Counted from the stretch's first letter, positions 28,398 to 37,664 are shown. The stretch: DNA of 64,000 nucleotides from Candidatus Omnitrophota bacterium (GCA_022705945.1 JAKJDL010000001.1:53047-117046), one strand, 5' to 3'. Translations and numbers: made by a program. Notes: generated from the sequence alone by a model not told the origin.

Positions 28398-28862
28398 TTA
28401 CCTTCCATCTTGCACATTCCTGACCGAAAACTGAAAACTCGGAGACCTTGCTTCAATGCCATTGATCATCGTAAGTTGGCGGCGGCCGAGAACAACGTCC
28501 GCTCTCAAAAACTCTACGGTTGCGTCTTCGATGCCTTCTTGGATCGCCCATGAACCCAGAAATTTGATCCTGGCATCCGAACTTTCAACCACAATCCGGA
28601 TTCCTTTTTCAGAAAAAAGCGTCCGGATATCGAACCAAACATCAACATTCCCTTCCAGGAGCCGGACTTTATCCTCCCAGGAAAAACTCCCGCGACGGAC
28701 CGCAAAAGATGTTTGAAACACCCCCGGAACAAAATCACCGGTGATCCGTATTTCGAGCCGCTTCTGGATCTCGTGATAAACGCAATAGTTCAATCCTGCC
28801 GTGAACACACCGGCCATCAGAATGAGAACGATAATCGCAACAAAACAGACGCCAACCCGCAT
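28398..28862 (-). CDS. Hypothetical membrane-anchored protein (154 aa) occupying the dcw position normally held by ftsI
   Basis: It has an N-terminal TM helix (VCFVAIIVLILMAGVFTAGL) plus a ~130-aa predicted extracytoplasmic domain, with no transpeptidase motifs. It lies directly upstream of murE. Confidence 0.5.
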   Translation of the reverse strand: MRVGVCFVAIIVLILMAGVFTAGLNYCVYHEIQKRLEIRITGDFVPGVFQTSFAVRRGSFSWEDKVRLLEGNVDVWFDIRTLFSEKGIRIVVESSDARIKFLGSWAIQEGIEDATVEFLRADVVLGRRQLTMINGIEARSPSFQFSVRNVQDGR

Positions 28863-29009
28863 TTTAATTCTTCGGTCCCATATTAAAACCGCCGGGGTCG
28901 CATTTTCCCCTTAAGGAAGCCCGGGTCCGCTCTTGCCCGGTACGGACCGGAATTTTACCGCTCTCCCCGAAAATCCAACCGTTTCGACACCCTTCCATAC
29001 GGCAAAAAC

Positions 29010-29315
29010 CTATCCCCTCGACTCAAAAACTCCGGCGTCCCGGGACTCCGTGCGGGCAAGACTCGATCCTTCAATTTCCCGGTTCAGCCGCACGATTTCG
29101 GAATTGAGACTTTCGATGGTCAACGCCTGCTGACGGCTGAGTCTGCAACACTCGGAATCGGCCGTCTCACATCCCTGAAAAACTAGCACTCCCAAAAAAA
29201 TCAGGGCCGGCAAAAAGTGATTTCTGACCGATCCCCCCGTTTCCCACAGCACCGCTTCAATCCTCACTGTTGTTTCAGAAAGAATTGGGCCACAAACCAT
29301 ATCGCCACGCCGCAA
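29010..29315 (-). CDS. FtsL/FtsB-like septum formation protein (single TM plus short coiled coil)
   Basis: It has a TM segment (FLPALIFLGVLVF) followed by a heptad-like segment (QQALTIESLNSEIVRLNREIEG). Its position upstream of murE is as for ftsL. This is a weak, architecture-only call. Confidence 0.4.
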   Translation of the reverse strand: MRRGDMVCGPILSETTVRIEAVLWETGGSVRNHFLPALIFLGVLVFQGCETADSECCRLSRQQALTIESLNSEIVRLNREIEGSSLARTESRDAGVFESRG

Positions 29316-29464
29316 AGCGCATACGATGTCAAAAGGAGAAGTTTGAAAAAACCGGACAGCCCCCGTTCCGGCTCGCCGTTCACGCTCACCTTTACAACAT
29401 GTTGGGGCTTCTCTTTAGGAGCCATGTGCTGAGGTTTTCTTATTTCAATTTTCATCTTTGCCAC
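29264..29464 (-). CDS. Small membrane protein (66 aa, GTG start) with a C-terminal TM helix
   Basis: There is a strong SD (AAGGAGGA, 6 nt spacer) before the GTG at 29464. It has a basic N-terminus and a C-terminal hydrophobic helix (FFKLLLLTSYALCGVAIWFVAQFFL). It overlaps the ATG-called start of the FtsL-like ORF. Confidence 0.4.
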   Translation of the reverse strand: MAKMKIEIRKPQHMAPKEKPQHVVKVSVNGEPERGLSGFFKLLLLTSYALCGVAIWFVAQFFLKQQ

Positions 29465-29488
29465 GGTCTGTCCTCCTTGCCGGATTCC

Positions 29489-31072
29489 TTAGAGATCACT
29501 GCTGATAAACTGCTCGACTTTCGCCAGAAGATGCGGCTCATGGATTGCCTTGAGAAACGCATCTACCACCTTGGGATCAAACTGGGTCCCTTTGTGCTTC
29601 CGAATCTCTTCCACTGCTTCTTTGACGGAAAGCTGGGGTTTATAAGGCCGCTTGGAAACCATCGCCATGAAGGAATCAACCACAGACACGATTCTTGCAC
29701 CGACCGGAATCTCCTCCCCCTTAAGCCCCCGGGGGTAACCTTTCCCGTCAAAACGCTCATGGTGATGCATAATAATCGGAATAATCGGTTTAAGCGATGT
29801 CATGGATTTCAAAAGGCTCGCACCGCGAAGGGGAATACTTCGAACCTGCGCGAGTTCACGCCGTGTTAATTTTTCTTTTTTCTCCCAGCTCCGGTCAATA
29901 AGACCAAGCCGGCCGGTATCCAGGAGAAGAATCGCTCTCTCAATATGAATGAGTTCGAGACCGGACAACTCCAGCACTTTACCGACCTCCACGGCAACCT
30001 GTCCGACAACGGCAAGATGACCGCGCTTTTCACCAAAATGCCTCTCCAAAAGTTCATTGATCGTCTTGATACTCCCAAGCGTCAACTCCTCCGTCTGTTC
30101 AAAAAGCTGGGCATTTTTAATTGCCACCACAGCCTGTTCGGAAAGAGATTTTAAAATCTCCAGGTCGGTCCGGGTAAAAGACTGACGGTCCGATTTATCC
30201 CAAAGCGTTAACACTCCAACCACATCGTCTTCGATAAATGGCACCGCGATATAACGCTTATGCAAACAAAACTCTCCCGTATCGGCGATATGGCCTTCAA
30301 TCCCGTGGCCGACCCTCACCCTCTGACGATGCAGGAATTTCGGAAAAGTCCCAAACGAAAAAACGGGGTTCAGATATCGCCGCTCAGGGTCGGTCAACAT
30401 AATTGAGCATCCCTGCGCCTTAAGGATCTGCGCGCTCAACCGACCGATGCGGGGAAGCAACTCATGCAACCGCAGCGATGAATTGATGACGCGGTGCACC
30501 GAATGCATGGTCGAAAGCGCCAAAGCCCGAGGATGCACCGTCTCATAAAAATTGTTCAGTTCAAAGTTTTTATAAGCCAGCTCCACCTGACTCGCGAGAA
30601 AATAGAAAAAGGGATCGATGCTTTTTTTAACCTCCCTCTCCGGATGCTTGACGCAACAGAAAAGAAGAAAAGCTTTCAGGGAACCAAGGTAGCGGATCGG
30701 AAACGCAAGGCAGCTCTTGGCATAAACACAACGGTAAAAAAGCGGAAGCTTTTCGACCATTTCTTCATTATGAACAAGCTGGTCCGCAAATTTCGCGATG
30801 AAACTTTCGCACTGTTTCTGGTTGTCGGAAGATTTGCAATAAAAGGGACAATTCTGTTTGCGGCCGAGCCGGATCAATCTGTCCGTTCCCTGTTCATCAA
30901 CAAGCACCAGCCACCCTATCGGCTTCCCGAACAAAACTGCAAATGCCTCATAGCCTTCCTGCCACTGAGGGTTCGGCAGCATAAAGCGCTCCATCGGAGT
31001 CAACGGAAACTTTTTCTGACGCGGCGAAAGCTTTCTGTTCGCACCGGTTGATTTAGGGATCGCTGTCATCAC
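29489..31072 (-). CDS. GAF-domain / HD-GYP domain protein (putative c-di-GMP phosphodiesterase)
   Basis: The C-terminal HD-GYP signature is IIMHHHERFDGKGYPRGL, with an HD motif earlier (SGLELIHIERAILLLDTGRLG). A central GAF-like region (GVLTLWDKSDRQSFTRTDLEILKSLSEQAVVAIKNAQL) precedes it. Confidence 0.8.
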   Translation of the reverse strand: MMTAIPKSTGANRKLSPRQKKFPLTPMERFMLPNPQWQEGYEAFAVLFGKPIGWLVLVDEQGTDRLIRLGRKQNCPFYCKSSDNQKQCESFIAKFADQLVHNEEMVEKLPLFYRCVYAKSCLAFPIRYLGSLKAFLLFCCVKHPEREVKKSIDPFFYFLASQVELAYKNFELNNFYETVHPRALALSTMHSVHRVINSSLRLHELLPRIGRLSAQILKAQGCSIMLTDPERRYLNPVFSFGTFPKFLHRQRVRVGHGIEGHIADTGEFCLHKRYIAVPFIEDDVVGVLTLWDKSDRQSFTRTDLEILKSLSEQAVVAIKNAQLFEQTEELTLGSIKTINELLERHFGEKRGHLAVVGQVAVEVGKVLELSGLELIHIERAILLLDTGRLGLIDRSWEKKEKLTRRELAQVRSIPLRGASLLKSMTSLKPIIPIIMHHHERFDGKGYPRGLKGEEIPVGARIVSVVDSFMAMVSKRPYKPQLSVKEAVEEIRKHKGTQFDPKVVDAFLKAIHEPHLLAKVEQFISSDL

Positions 31073-31590
31073 CTTCGACCTCGTGTGTTTTTGAGAACCC
31101 CGGTGAGGACTTCATACACGGACTCGAGGGATTCGGAGATCACCTTAACTCCCGCAACCACGGGCATAAAGTTGACATCCCCTTTCCAGCGCGGCACAAC
31201 ATGCCAATGGAGATGTTCCGGAATACCCGCTCCGGCAATATCCGAAATATTCATCCCCAGATTAAAACCATGCGGCTTGAGAGCTTTCGAGAGAGACCGC
31301 TGAGCCAGCAAAAGGGAATCAAAAAAGTCTTTTTGTTCGGCACGATCCATTTCTGACACACAGGCTATATGACGGCGGGGAACGATTAACAAGTGCCCGT
31401 TATTATAAGGATAACGGTTAAGGATCAAAGCAAAACGGGAGGTCCTGAAAACAACGAGATTCCGTTTGTCTTTCTTTTCGGAAAGCAAGCGGCAAAACAA
31501 ACAACCTTTCCGTTTAGCGGAGCTCGAGCGCAGGTAGTGCTTGCGCCACGGTGCCCACAAAAGATCCGTCTGTTTTTTGCTGGGTATCAT
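31069..31590 (-). CDS. HIT-family (histidine triad) nucleotide hydrolase/transferase
   Basis: It has the histidine triad motif HLHWHVVPR plus an upstream GCLFC zinc-binding-like motif. The ORF-track start overlaps the preceding ATPase gene by 77 nt, so the real start is probably further in. Confidence 0.75.
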   Translation of the reverse strand: MIPSKKQTDLLWAPWRKHYLRSSSAKRKGCLFCRLLSEKKDKRNLVVFRTSRFALILNRYPYNNGHLLIVPRRHIACVSEMDRAEQKDFFDSLLLAQRSLSKALKPHGFNLGMNISDIAGAGIPEHLHWHVVPRWKGDVNFMPVVAGVKVISESLESVYEVLTGVLKNTRGRR

Positions 31591-33211
31591 GGGTCTTTTT
31601 CTTGGTGATAATGATTTTGGGTAAATCGTAATAATCCATAAATGTATTTAAAAGCCGGAGGTCCCAAAGTTGCATCTTGCACTCCTGCGCTACCAATTTA
31701 GCATTTTGGTCAATCCCGCTCAAAGCGATCAGGATTTTCCGTTTGATCTTGCGAAAACCCTTGGCTTCCTGAACCAGTATCTCCATATCGGATTCGCTGA
31801 CCCAATCCGGACAAACCTGAAAAAGCCAACGCCCCCGGCTTCCTTTCGCGAGGATTGCAACTTTTGACTGAGGCGTGTTCTTCACCGAAATTTCGGAGAA
31901 CTGGGGGCAAGGATACTTTTTCTGACAAAATTCAACCGTATCATTACGAAACTCCTTAAGGAGCTTCTCGACTCTGGGCCCGACATCATCCACGCACATA
32001 CGCTCGCAAATTTCAAGATCGCTGTTCAAACGGTCAAACAGGGTTTTGCGCAATGAGCGATCTTCGGGAAGAAAAAATCCCTGCCGGCGGAGGAAAACTT
32101 CCTTCAGCCAAAAACGGAAAAGAACATCGGGCAGATGATAGAACGATCCGCTTTTGATCACAAAGCCTTCCTGGACAAGACGCTTCAAGATCCGCTGGGT
32201 CTCCGCAACAGTTTCCCCCACATTGGCGGCAATCGGTATGATTTTATGCCGTCCCTGACTGAGAGACAAGACGGCCCTCAAAAAAGCTCCGCCTTTTTTT
32301 GAAAGTCCGACGCACCGCTCGAGGCGCTGTTCGAAAAGCAATGCGATCCTTCCCCGACAGTCGAACAATTCCTGGCAAAAGGCATCGATCAATACACTGG
32401 GATAAACCGGCTGAGGAATCTCCCGCACCTCCATGCCCTCGATCCGCTGCAAAATAAGATCCAGATAGAGCGGCTCCCCATCCGTCATGTGAAACAGGAA
32501 CCGCATCAGTCCGGGTGACCACCGGTGCGTCGGCATGCGAACCGCAAGATGTTGTTCGAGTTCCCTGAAACCGAACGGCGCAATTTCGAGCACTTCAAAG
32601 TTACCGAAAAGAAGTGAAAGCTTCTCGCGAAAAATCTCAATCGCACGATCCTTTGCGGAACTCGTCACAACATAAAGAATCTCTTTCGCCGGCATCATCT
32701 GCCGGCCAAGCATGGAGAACGGATCAGGAACGGGAAGTTTTTCGAGCTCCTGGAATTCATCTATCAAAAGAATGACTTTTTTCCCGGTTTCACGGGCGAG
32801 GATCAGACTCAGGCCAAAAAGCTCACGAATTGCGGTCGAGTTTTTCTCCTGCTGGAACAGTTTTTGGATGTGCTTGGCGGCATGAACCGTGGAAGGAATA
32901 ATAGCATCCGCCTCCTGCATCAAAGCGGATAACGACGAAGGGATATTCAGTGTCCGGCCGAGCAGAACGCTACAGAGAACGGCGCCAAGCCATTGTTCGA
33001 TCAACTGACGCCCGTCGATGGCTTCACCGCGGATACAAACCGGAAGCAATCGCGGATCACGCGAAATGGACTGAAAAAACTCACGGAGAAGCGTCGATTT
33101 ACCGACCCCGATCGGGCCGACAATGCCTACGTTCTGTCTAAAACCGCCCACGACATCGTCGATGCGTTTTTGCAAACGTTCCTGAACGGCTTCCCGCATT
33201 AAAAACGCCAT
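31514..33211 (-). CDS. P-loop ATPase, archaeal-type ATPase_2 (PF01637-like) with a DUF234-like C-terminal region
   Basis: It has Walker A (IVGPIGVGKSTLLREF) and Walker B-like (VILLIDEFQELE) motifs, and a ~250-aa helical C-terminal extension. The call rests on overall resemblance to the bacterial/archaeal 'ATP-binding protein' family, not on a search. Confidence 0.6.
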   Translation of the reverse strand: MAFLMREAVQERLQKRIDDVVGGFRQNVGIVGPIGVGKSTLLREFFQSISRDPRLLPVCIRGEAIDGRQLIEQWLGAVLCSVLLGRTLNIPSSLSALMQEADAIIPSTVHAAKHIQKLFQQEKNSTAIRELFGLSLILARETGKKVILLIDEFQELEKLPVPDPFSMLGRQMMPAKEILYVVTSSAKDRAIEIFREKLSLLFGNFEVLEIAPFGFRELEQHLAVRMPTHRWSPGLMRFLFHMTDGEPLYLDLILQRIEGMEVREIPQPVYPSVLIDAFCQELFDCRGRIALLFEQRLERCVGLSKKGGAFLRAVLSLSQGRHKIIPIAANVGETVAETQRILKRLVQEGFVIKSGSFYHLPDVLFRFWLKEVFLRRQGFFLPEDRSLRKTLFDRLNSDLEICERMCVDDVGPRVEKLLKEFRNDTVEFCQKKYPCPQFSEISVKNTPQSKVAILAKGSRGRWLFQVCPDWVSESDMEILVQEAKGFRKIKRKILIALSGIDQNAKLVAQECKMQLWDLRLLNTFMDYYDLPKIIITKKKTHDTQQKTDGSFVGTVAQALPALELR

Positions 33212-33519
33212 AAAACAAAAACCCTATTCTTGGATGGTTATAATGGGATTTGCCTGGCGGGCGAGTTTTTAAATCAAAAAAGAACTATTATTATGAAATC
33301 TATCGATAAAACCCAAAGACGACCGGCAATCCCTTGCGAATCCATCGAAATTCTTTAGAAAGATTTCACGCGACTGTTTGAGGAGTATCTTACTTTTCTA
33401 AATTCAGAAAGCAAGCAATAAAAAGAGCGGTTTTGTAAAATTAAAAGACCGAGAGCTTCGGATGAAAAACATTTTTGGATCGATGGAAAGATCGGCTGAT
33501 TTTCGGGCGGATATATCCC

Positions 33520-33581
33520 AAAAAAAACCCTGGTCGATCAGATTGTCAGACCCCCCGCCTTACAACCATGACCGACCAGGG
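33520..33581 (-). terminator. Intrinsic terminator-like hairpin downstream of ptsN: 9-bp stem ccctggtcg/cgaccaggg, unusually long (~36 nt) loop, then T8 on the minus strand
   Basis: Read directly. The plus strand shows A8 then the stem, and the minus strand shows the stem then TTTTTTTT. It starts 29 nt after the ptsN stop at 33610. Confidence 0.5.
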
Positions 33582-33609
33582 CTTACTGCTTCTTAAAACA
33601 AAAAGCAAC

Positions 33610-34098
33610 TTACAAACCAACACCAAGAACCGGCTCATGAGCGGTTCGAGGTTTCAAGACGCTCAAGATTTCAATCGCGGAACGGGCCATTTTTAATTGC
33701 TCCTTGAGAGACCGGTCACAGAGGATCCAGCGGATACTCCGGAGAATCGTCCGTTTTATGATCTCTGCCGCCTCGCTCTGGGGAAGAACAAGCATAAAAA
33801 CAAAATGGACGGGACGTCCGTCGAGAGACGGATACGGAATCCCGTCCGGGCTGACACCGAAAACCCCAATCGGATCGGTAATCTCCGTTGAAAAACAATG
33901 AGGCAGCGCAACACCACCGCCAATCGCCGTTGTGCCCAGCTTTTCCCGCTGTATGAGCTGGGAGAGGATGCGGGCTTTCGCTTCCGAGGTAATCCGCCAT
34001 TTGGGAAGAGCCTCTACAAGCTCACCAAGGGCGTCCTCAAAATTGACGCAGCAAAGTCCGGGGACAACGCTTTCTTCAGTCAGTAATGGTCGGAGCAT
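33610..34098 (-). CDS. ptsN: PTS EIIA(Ntr)-type protein (nitrogen regulatory IIA, PtsN-like)
   Basis: The EIIA-2 active-site motif is TAIGGGVALPHCF, corresponding to GIAIPH. The start is taken at the internal Met (MLRPLLTEE...), since the longer ORF form adds an Arg-rich 15-aa extension. Confidence 0.7.
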   Translation of the reverse strand: MLRPLLTEESVVPGLCCVNFEDALGELVEALPKWRITSEAKARILSQLIQREKLGTTAIGGGVALPHCFSTEITDPIGVFGVSPDGIPYPSLDGRPVHFVFMLVLPQSEAAEIIKRTILRSIRWILCDRSLKEQLKMARSAIEILSVLKPRTAHEPVLGVGL

Positions 34099-34420
34099 AA
34101 CTCGCCCTCTCCTGCCTCTTCTGTGTCCGGATTTTCGATACAAGATACCGGCGCCATTTACGACGGGTCGCTCTTAAATCAAGTTTCAGCAATCGCAGGG
34201 CCTCACGAAGATTGGGAAATTGTTTCAACCCGGATTCGTCATGACCAAAGTACATGGCCGAAGTCCGGAATTTCTCCAACTGCCGCATCCGCTGTTCAAT
34301 GGAAGGCTTCATCTCCGAGGCCTCATGACTTGGATGACCGCATACTTCACTATAAAGCTGCAACCATTCCGCCTCCATTTTTTCAATATACGGTTTAATT
34401 AACTGACTGTTGATTTCCAT
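34076..34420 (-). CDS. Hypothetical protein (114 aa) with a strongly basic C-terminal tail
   Basis: It is a clean ORF following an AT-rich promoter-like island (34421-34600). I recognise no domain, and it is not Hpf-like. Confidence 0.4.
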   Translation of the reverse strand: MEINSQLIKPYIEKMEAEWLQLYSEVCGHPSHEASEMKPSIEQRMRQLEKFRTSAMYFGHDESGLKQFPNLREALRLLKLDLRATRRKWRRYLVSKIRTQKRQERASYAPTITD

Positions 34421-34602
34421 AAATTTAACCTTTATAAAATCGAAAGATCGTTAACTAAAATGATTTATTTTTCTTTTATTTACTCTCACTGTCATAAGCT
34501 AGCATTCCCCACATTAAAAAAAGATTAAAAAGATGTTAAAAAATTTAAATTGTGGAGGTTATAGGACTTGGCGGCTTTGTGGGAGGTTGTTTCAGGGAGA
34601 TG

Positions 34603-36075
34603 TCAAATCGAAAAGCTGACGGACACCGAAGTTCCTTGGCCTACTTGACTTTCGATTCGAATACTTGCTTTGTGTGCCTCGCAAATAGCATGAACAATGC
34701 TGAGCCCAAGACCGGCCCCTTCCCTGGATCGAGCCTGGTCGGAACGAAAAAAACGTCTCCCTATATGTTTCAAAGTTTCCGGATCAATTCCGATTCCCGT
34801 ATCCGATATGCAAACAATCGCGCGGCCTTCCCTAACACTGCAGTCAACTTTAATGCGGCCGCCGCGATCGGTAAACTTGACAGCATTGTCCATCAGATTC
34901 ATAAATAGGCGCTTGAGATGCATATCATCCCCCAGCAGCTCAATGTCGGCTGACCTGGAAAACTCAAGAGAAATCCCCTCTTTTTCGCATCTGTCCTTAT
35001 AGAGACCGACAACATGTCCGAGAAGCTGCGCCAGCGAGAGACTGTTTTTTTGAAGATTTAATTGTTTCGCGTCGCTTTTAACAAGAAAATTCAGATCATT
35101 GACCAGGCGCACAAGACCGTCCACTTCTTCGCTGATTACCTGAAACGCCTTGTTCAGATCCTCGGGAGACCGGTCCCGGCGCAAAGCCAGATCAATTTCG
35201 CCGCGTATAATCGCTAACGGCGTTTTAAACTCATGGGACACATTCGTGCTGAATTCCTGGACAGCCCGGGTCGAAGCCTCCAAACGATCAATCATTTCAT
35301 TCAATGTCTCCGCGAGCCGGTCAAGTTCGTCTCGCGTGAAAGTCCGCGGCAGACGACTCTTAAGATACGCCGCTGTGATTGTCCGGGATTGTTGAATCAT
35401 CTTATCGACAGGCCCCAGAAACCGCTTCGCGAGAAACCAGCCAGCCAGACCCGCCAGGGCCGCGCCAAGCGGGATAATCACCGTGATGATAATGAACAAA
35501 CGCTGCAGGGTATCTTCGATCTCGTCCAGGGGCTTGGCTATCTGCTGAACAAAAAAAGGGCGTCCCCCAATACTGACCAGCCGGTAATAAAGCCGGATCG
35601 GACGTTTCTGGAAATGGATCGTTTGAAAGGATTCACCCGTTTCCATGAAAGACGAGTCCCGCTCGAAATCCGGAAAGATAATATCCCTTTCCCAACGGCC
35701 CAGATTGGAAAATATGACCGAGTGGTCCAGAGCCACCACGCGCATAAGGTAAAGACTCCGGGTGATTCGTTTCTGCTGACGCTCACGGTCACGGATCGTT
35801 CGGGTCAAAAGATTCTGATAGTCTTCCGGAAAGGCAAACGTGCCTCCGGTAATCGGCGGCGGGCTCTTTAGGTTAAGAGCGCTCACCTCCTTGATCTGGG
35901 AAACAATCGAGCTTTCCACATCCCTTGACTCGACATGCATATTCTTTTCAACATCACGATAAAGCGTACGGGAAAGCTCCGAATACATCAAAAAAGCGAA
36001 CCCCGAAAGAAAGATCAGGATGATCGCCGCAAACCAGAGGGTAAGCCGGAGCTTGAAAGAACGTATCGGTATCAC
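34603..36075 (-). CDS. Sensor histidine kinase (2 TM, HAMP, HisKA, HATPase_c)
   Basis: The H-box is VSHEFKTPLAIIRGEIDL, and the G-boxes are ISDTGIGID and GAGLGLSIV. There is an N-terminal TM helix and a second TM near aa 190. It overlaps the cognate regulator by 4 nt. Confidence 0.85.
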   Translation of the reverse strand: MIPIRSFKLRLTLWFAAIILIFLSGFAFLMYSELSRTLYRDVEKNMHVESRDVESSIVSQIKEVSALNLKSPPPITGGTFAFPEDYQNLLTRTIRDRERQQKRITRSLYLMRVVALDHSVIFSNLGRWERDIIFPDFERDSSFMETGESFQTIHFQKRPIRLYYRLVSIGGRPFFVQQIAKPLDEIEDTLQRLFIIITVIIPLGAALAGLAGWFLAKRFLGPVDKMIQQSRTITAAYLKSRLPRTFTRDELDRLAETLNEMIDRLEASTRAVQEFSTNVSHEFKTPLAIIRGEIDLALRRDRSPEDLNKAFQVISEEVDGLVRLVNDLNFLVKSDAKQLNLQKNSLSLAQLLGHVVGLYKDRCEKEGISLEFSRSADIELLGDDMHLKRLFMNLMDNAVKFTDRGGRIKVDCSVREGRAIVCISDTGIGIDPETLKHIGRRFFRSDQARSREGAGLGLSIVHAICEAHKASIRIESQVGQGTSVSVSFSI

Positions 36076-36752
36076 GGCTCTTTGGCAAGGCGGTATCCCG
36101 TACCGCGTGCGGTTTCGATTTTAAAATCCGCTTGTTTTTCAGCGATTTTTTTTCGAAGAAAATTGATATAGACATCGATCGTGTTGCTCATGGGATCAAA
36201 ATGAAGGTCCCACACATGCTCCGCGATCGCCGTTCTGGAAACCGCCTCTCCTTCATGCCTCAGCAGATATTCCAGCAATGAAAATTCCTTCTGAGAAAAC
36301 GAAACCTCATCCGCGCCGATCGTGACTTTGCGCTTGATAAGATCCATCACCAAATTACCGCACTGCAGCACGGTCTTGTCCCTAAGACTGTGCGGCCGGC
36401 GAAGAAGGGCTCGCAGCCTTGCAAGAAGCTCATCAAAACTGAACGGTTTTGTAAGATAATCATCCGCACCGACATCCAACCCCTGGATTTTATCTTCCAC
36501 AGCATCTTTTGCCGTCAGGATCAAAACGGGGACCTGCTTCCCTTCTTTGCGGATTTTTTTGCATAGATCAATACCGCTCATCTTCGGAAGCATCCAGTCC
36601 AGTATCAGAACGTCATACTCATTAACCGCGGCATATTCCCATCCTTTTTCACCGTCATAGGCAATGTCCACCACATACCCTTCCTCTTTCAAACCCCGTT
36701 CGATGAAACCGGCCATTTTCTTTTCATCTTCAACAATCAAAACTCTCATCAC
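36072..36752 (-). CDS. OmpR-family two-component response regulator
   Basis: It has a receiver domain (VLIVEDE...DVLILDWMLPKMSG) plus a winged-helix C-terminal domain (GYRL). Confidence 0.9.
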   Translation of the reverse strand: MMRVLIVEDEKKMAGFIERGLKEEGYVVDIAYDGEKGWEYAAVNEYDVLILDWMLPKMSGIDLCKKIRKEGKQVPVLILTAKDAVEDKIQGLDVGADDYLTKPFSFDELLARLRALLRRPHSLRDKTVLQCGNLVMDLIKRKVTIGADEVSFSQKEFSLLEYLLRHEGEAVSRTAIAEHVWDLHFDPMSNTIDVYINFLRKKIAEKQADFKIETARGTGYRLAKEP

Positions 36753-36760
36753 TTTCTCCT

Positions 36761-37648
36761 TTATTCTCCTTCGGGATCATAATGAACGGTCACATCCGCG
36801 TTCGGCAAATGATCCGTTATTTTGGCAATAAGAGACTCTGTCATATGATGCGCTTTCTTAAAATCATCTTCCCCGCGAATCTCAATATGGAAATCGAGAA
36901 AAATGCGGTTGCCCACAATACGGCTGCGCAAATTATGCACACCCACAACCGCGGGATGATGCTCCAGGATTATCCGTTTGATCTGTCGCAGCTCGGTATC
37001 GGGAAGACCTTTGTCCAAAAGTTCCGAAACAGCATGAGTGAAAATTTTTATTGCCTCCTTAAAAATATATAATGCTACCAAAATCGAAACGCCAAGATCC
37101 CAAAAGACATTTCCGGTCCAGCCCACCAGTATCAGAGCAAGAAGGACACCCCCGTAAGAAAGAAAATCCATGGCATAATGAGCCTTCTCGGCACCGAGAA
37201 TCAGGGAACGATTATGTTTTGCAAGAGCATTCAACCGCCTTGAAAGAAACCAGGTGGCAAGAGCCGAGAAAAAAATCACACCGATGCCCAGAGGTATCTC
37301 CCTGACAAAACTTCCCCGGAAAAACCGCCCAACCGATTCATAAACCAAATAGGAGCCGCTGACACCGATAAAAAGGCTTTGAAAAAGTCCGGCCAGGCTT
37401 TCCACTTTGCCGTGGCCATAGGCATGTTCTTCGTCAGGAGGTTTTGACGCGGCCCTGAAAGCAAAAAAATTCAAAATTGACACCAGCATGTCCAGCATGG
37501 AATCGAGCGCTGACGCCAGGATCGCCATCGAATGAGTCACAAGACCGGTCACAAACTTTACGATCATAAGCAGAAAAGCTACCCCGATCGCAAGTCTCAG
37601 CGCCCGTCTTGTTTGATTTGGATAAAGATCGATCCCCTCTTTTGGCAT
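36761..37648 (-). CDS. Cation diffusion facilitator (CDF) family metal efflux transporter
   Basis: It has six TM helices and CDF motifs (HSMAILASALDSMLDMLVSILNFFA, HAYGHGKVE), plus a C-terminal cytoplasmic domain. Confidence 0.85.
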   Translation of the reverse strand: MPKEGIDLYPNQTRRALRLAIGVAFLLMIVKFVTGLVTHSMAILASALDSMLDMLVSILNFFAFRAASKPPDEEHAYGHGKVESLAGLFQSLFIGVSGSYLVYESVGRFFRGSFVREIPLGIGVIFFSALATWFLSRRLNALAKHNRSLILGAEKAHYAMDFLSYGGVLLALILVGWTGNVFWDLGVSILVALYIFKEAIKIFTHAVSELLDKGLPDTELRQIKRIILEHHPAVVGVHNLRSRIVGNRIFLDFHIEIRGEDDFKKAHHMTESLIAKITDHLPNADVTVHYDPEGE

Positions 37649-37664
37649 AACGTTCCCGGCATTC

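Noticed and set aside
28398-28862. Considered whether the 154-aa protein upstream of murE is a truncated FtsI (PBP3) remnant
   Set aside because: It has no SxxK, SxN or KTG transpeptidase motifs and no recognisable PBP dimerisation-domain similarity. I treat it as an unrelated small membrane protein.
33212-33609. Searched the long intergenic regions (8126-8429, 33212-33609, 38160-38423) for tRNA-like T-loop/cloverleaf signatures
   Set aside because: I found no GGTTCGAATCC-type T-loop with matching acceptor stems, so no tRNA is called. A covariance-model scan would be needed to exclude other ncRNAs.
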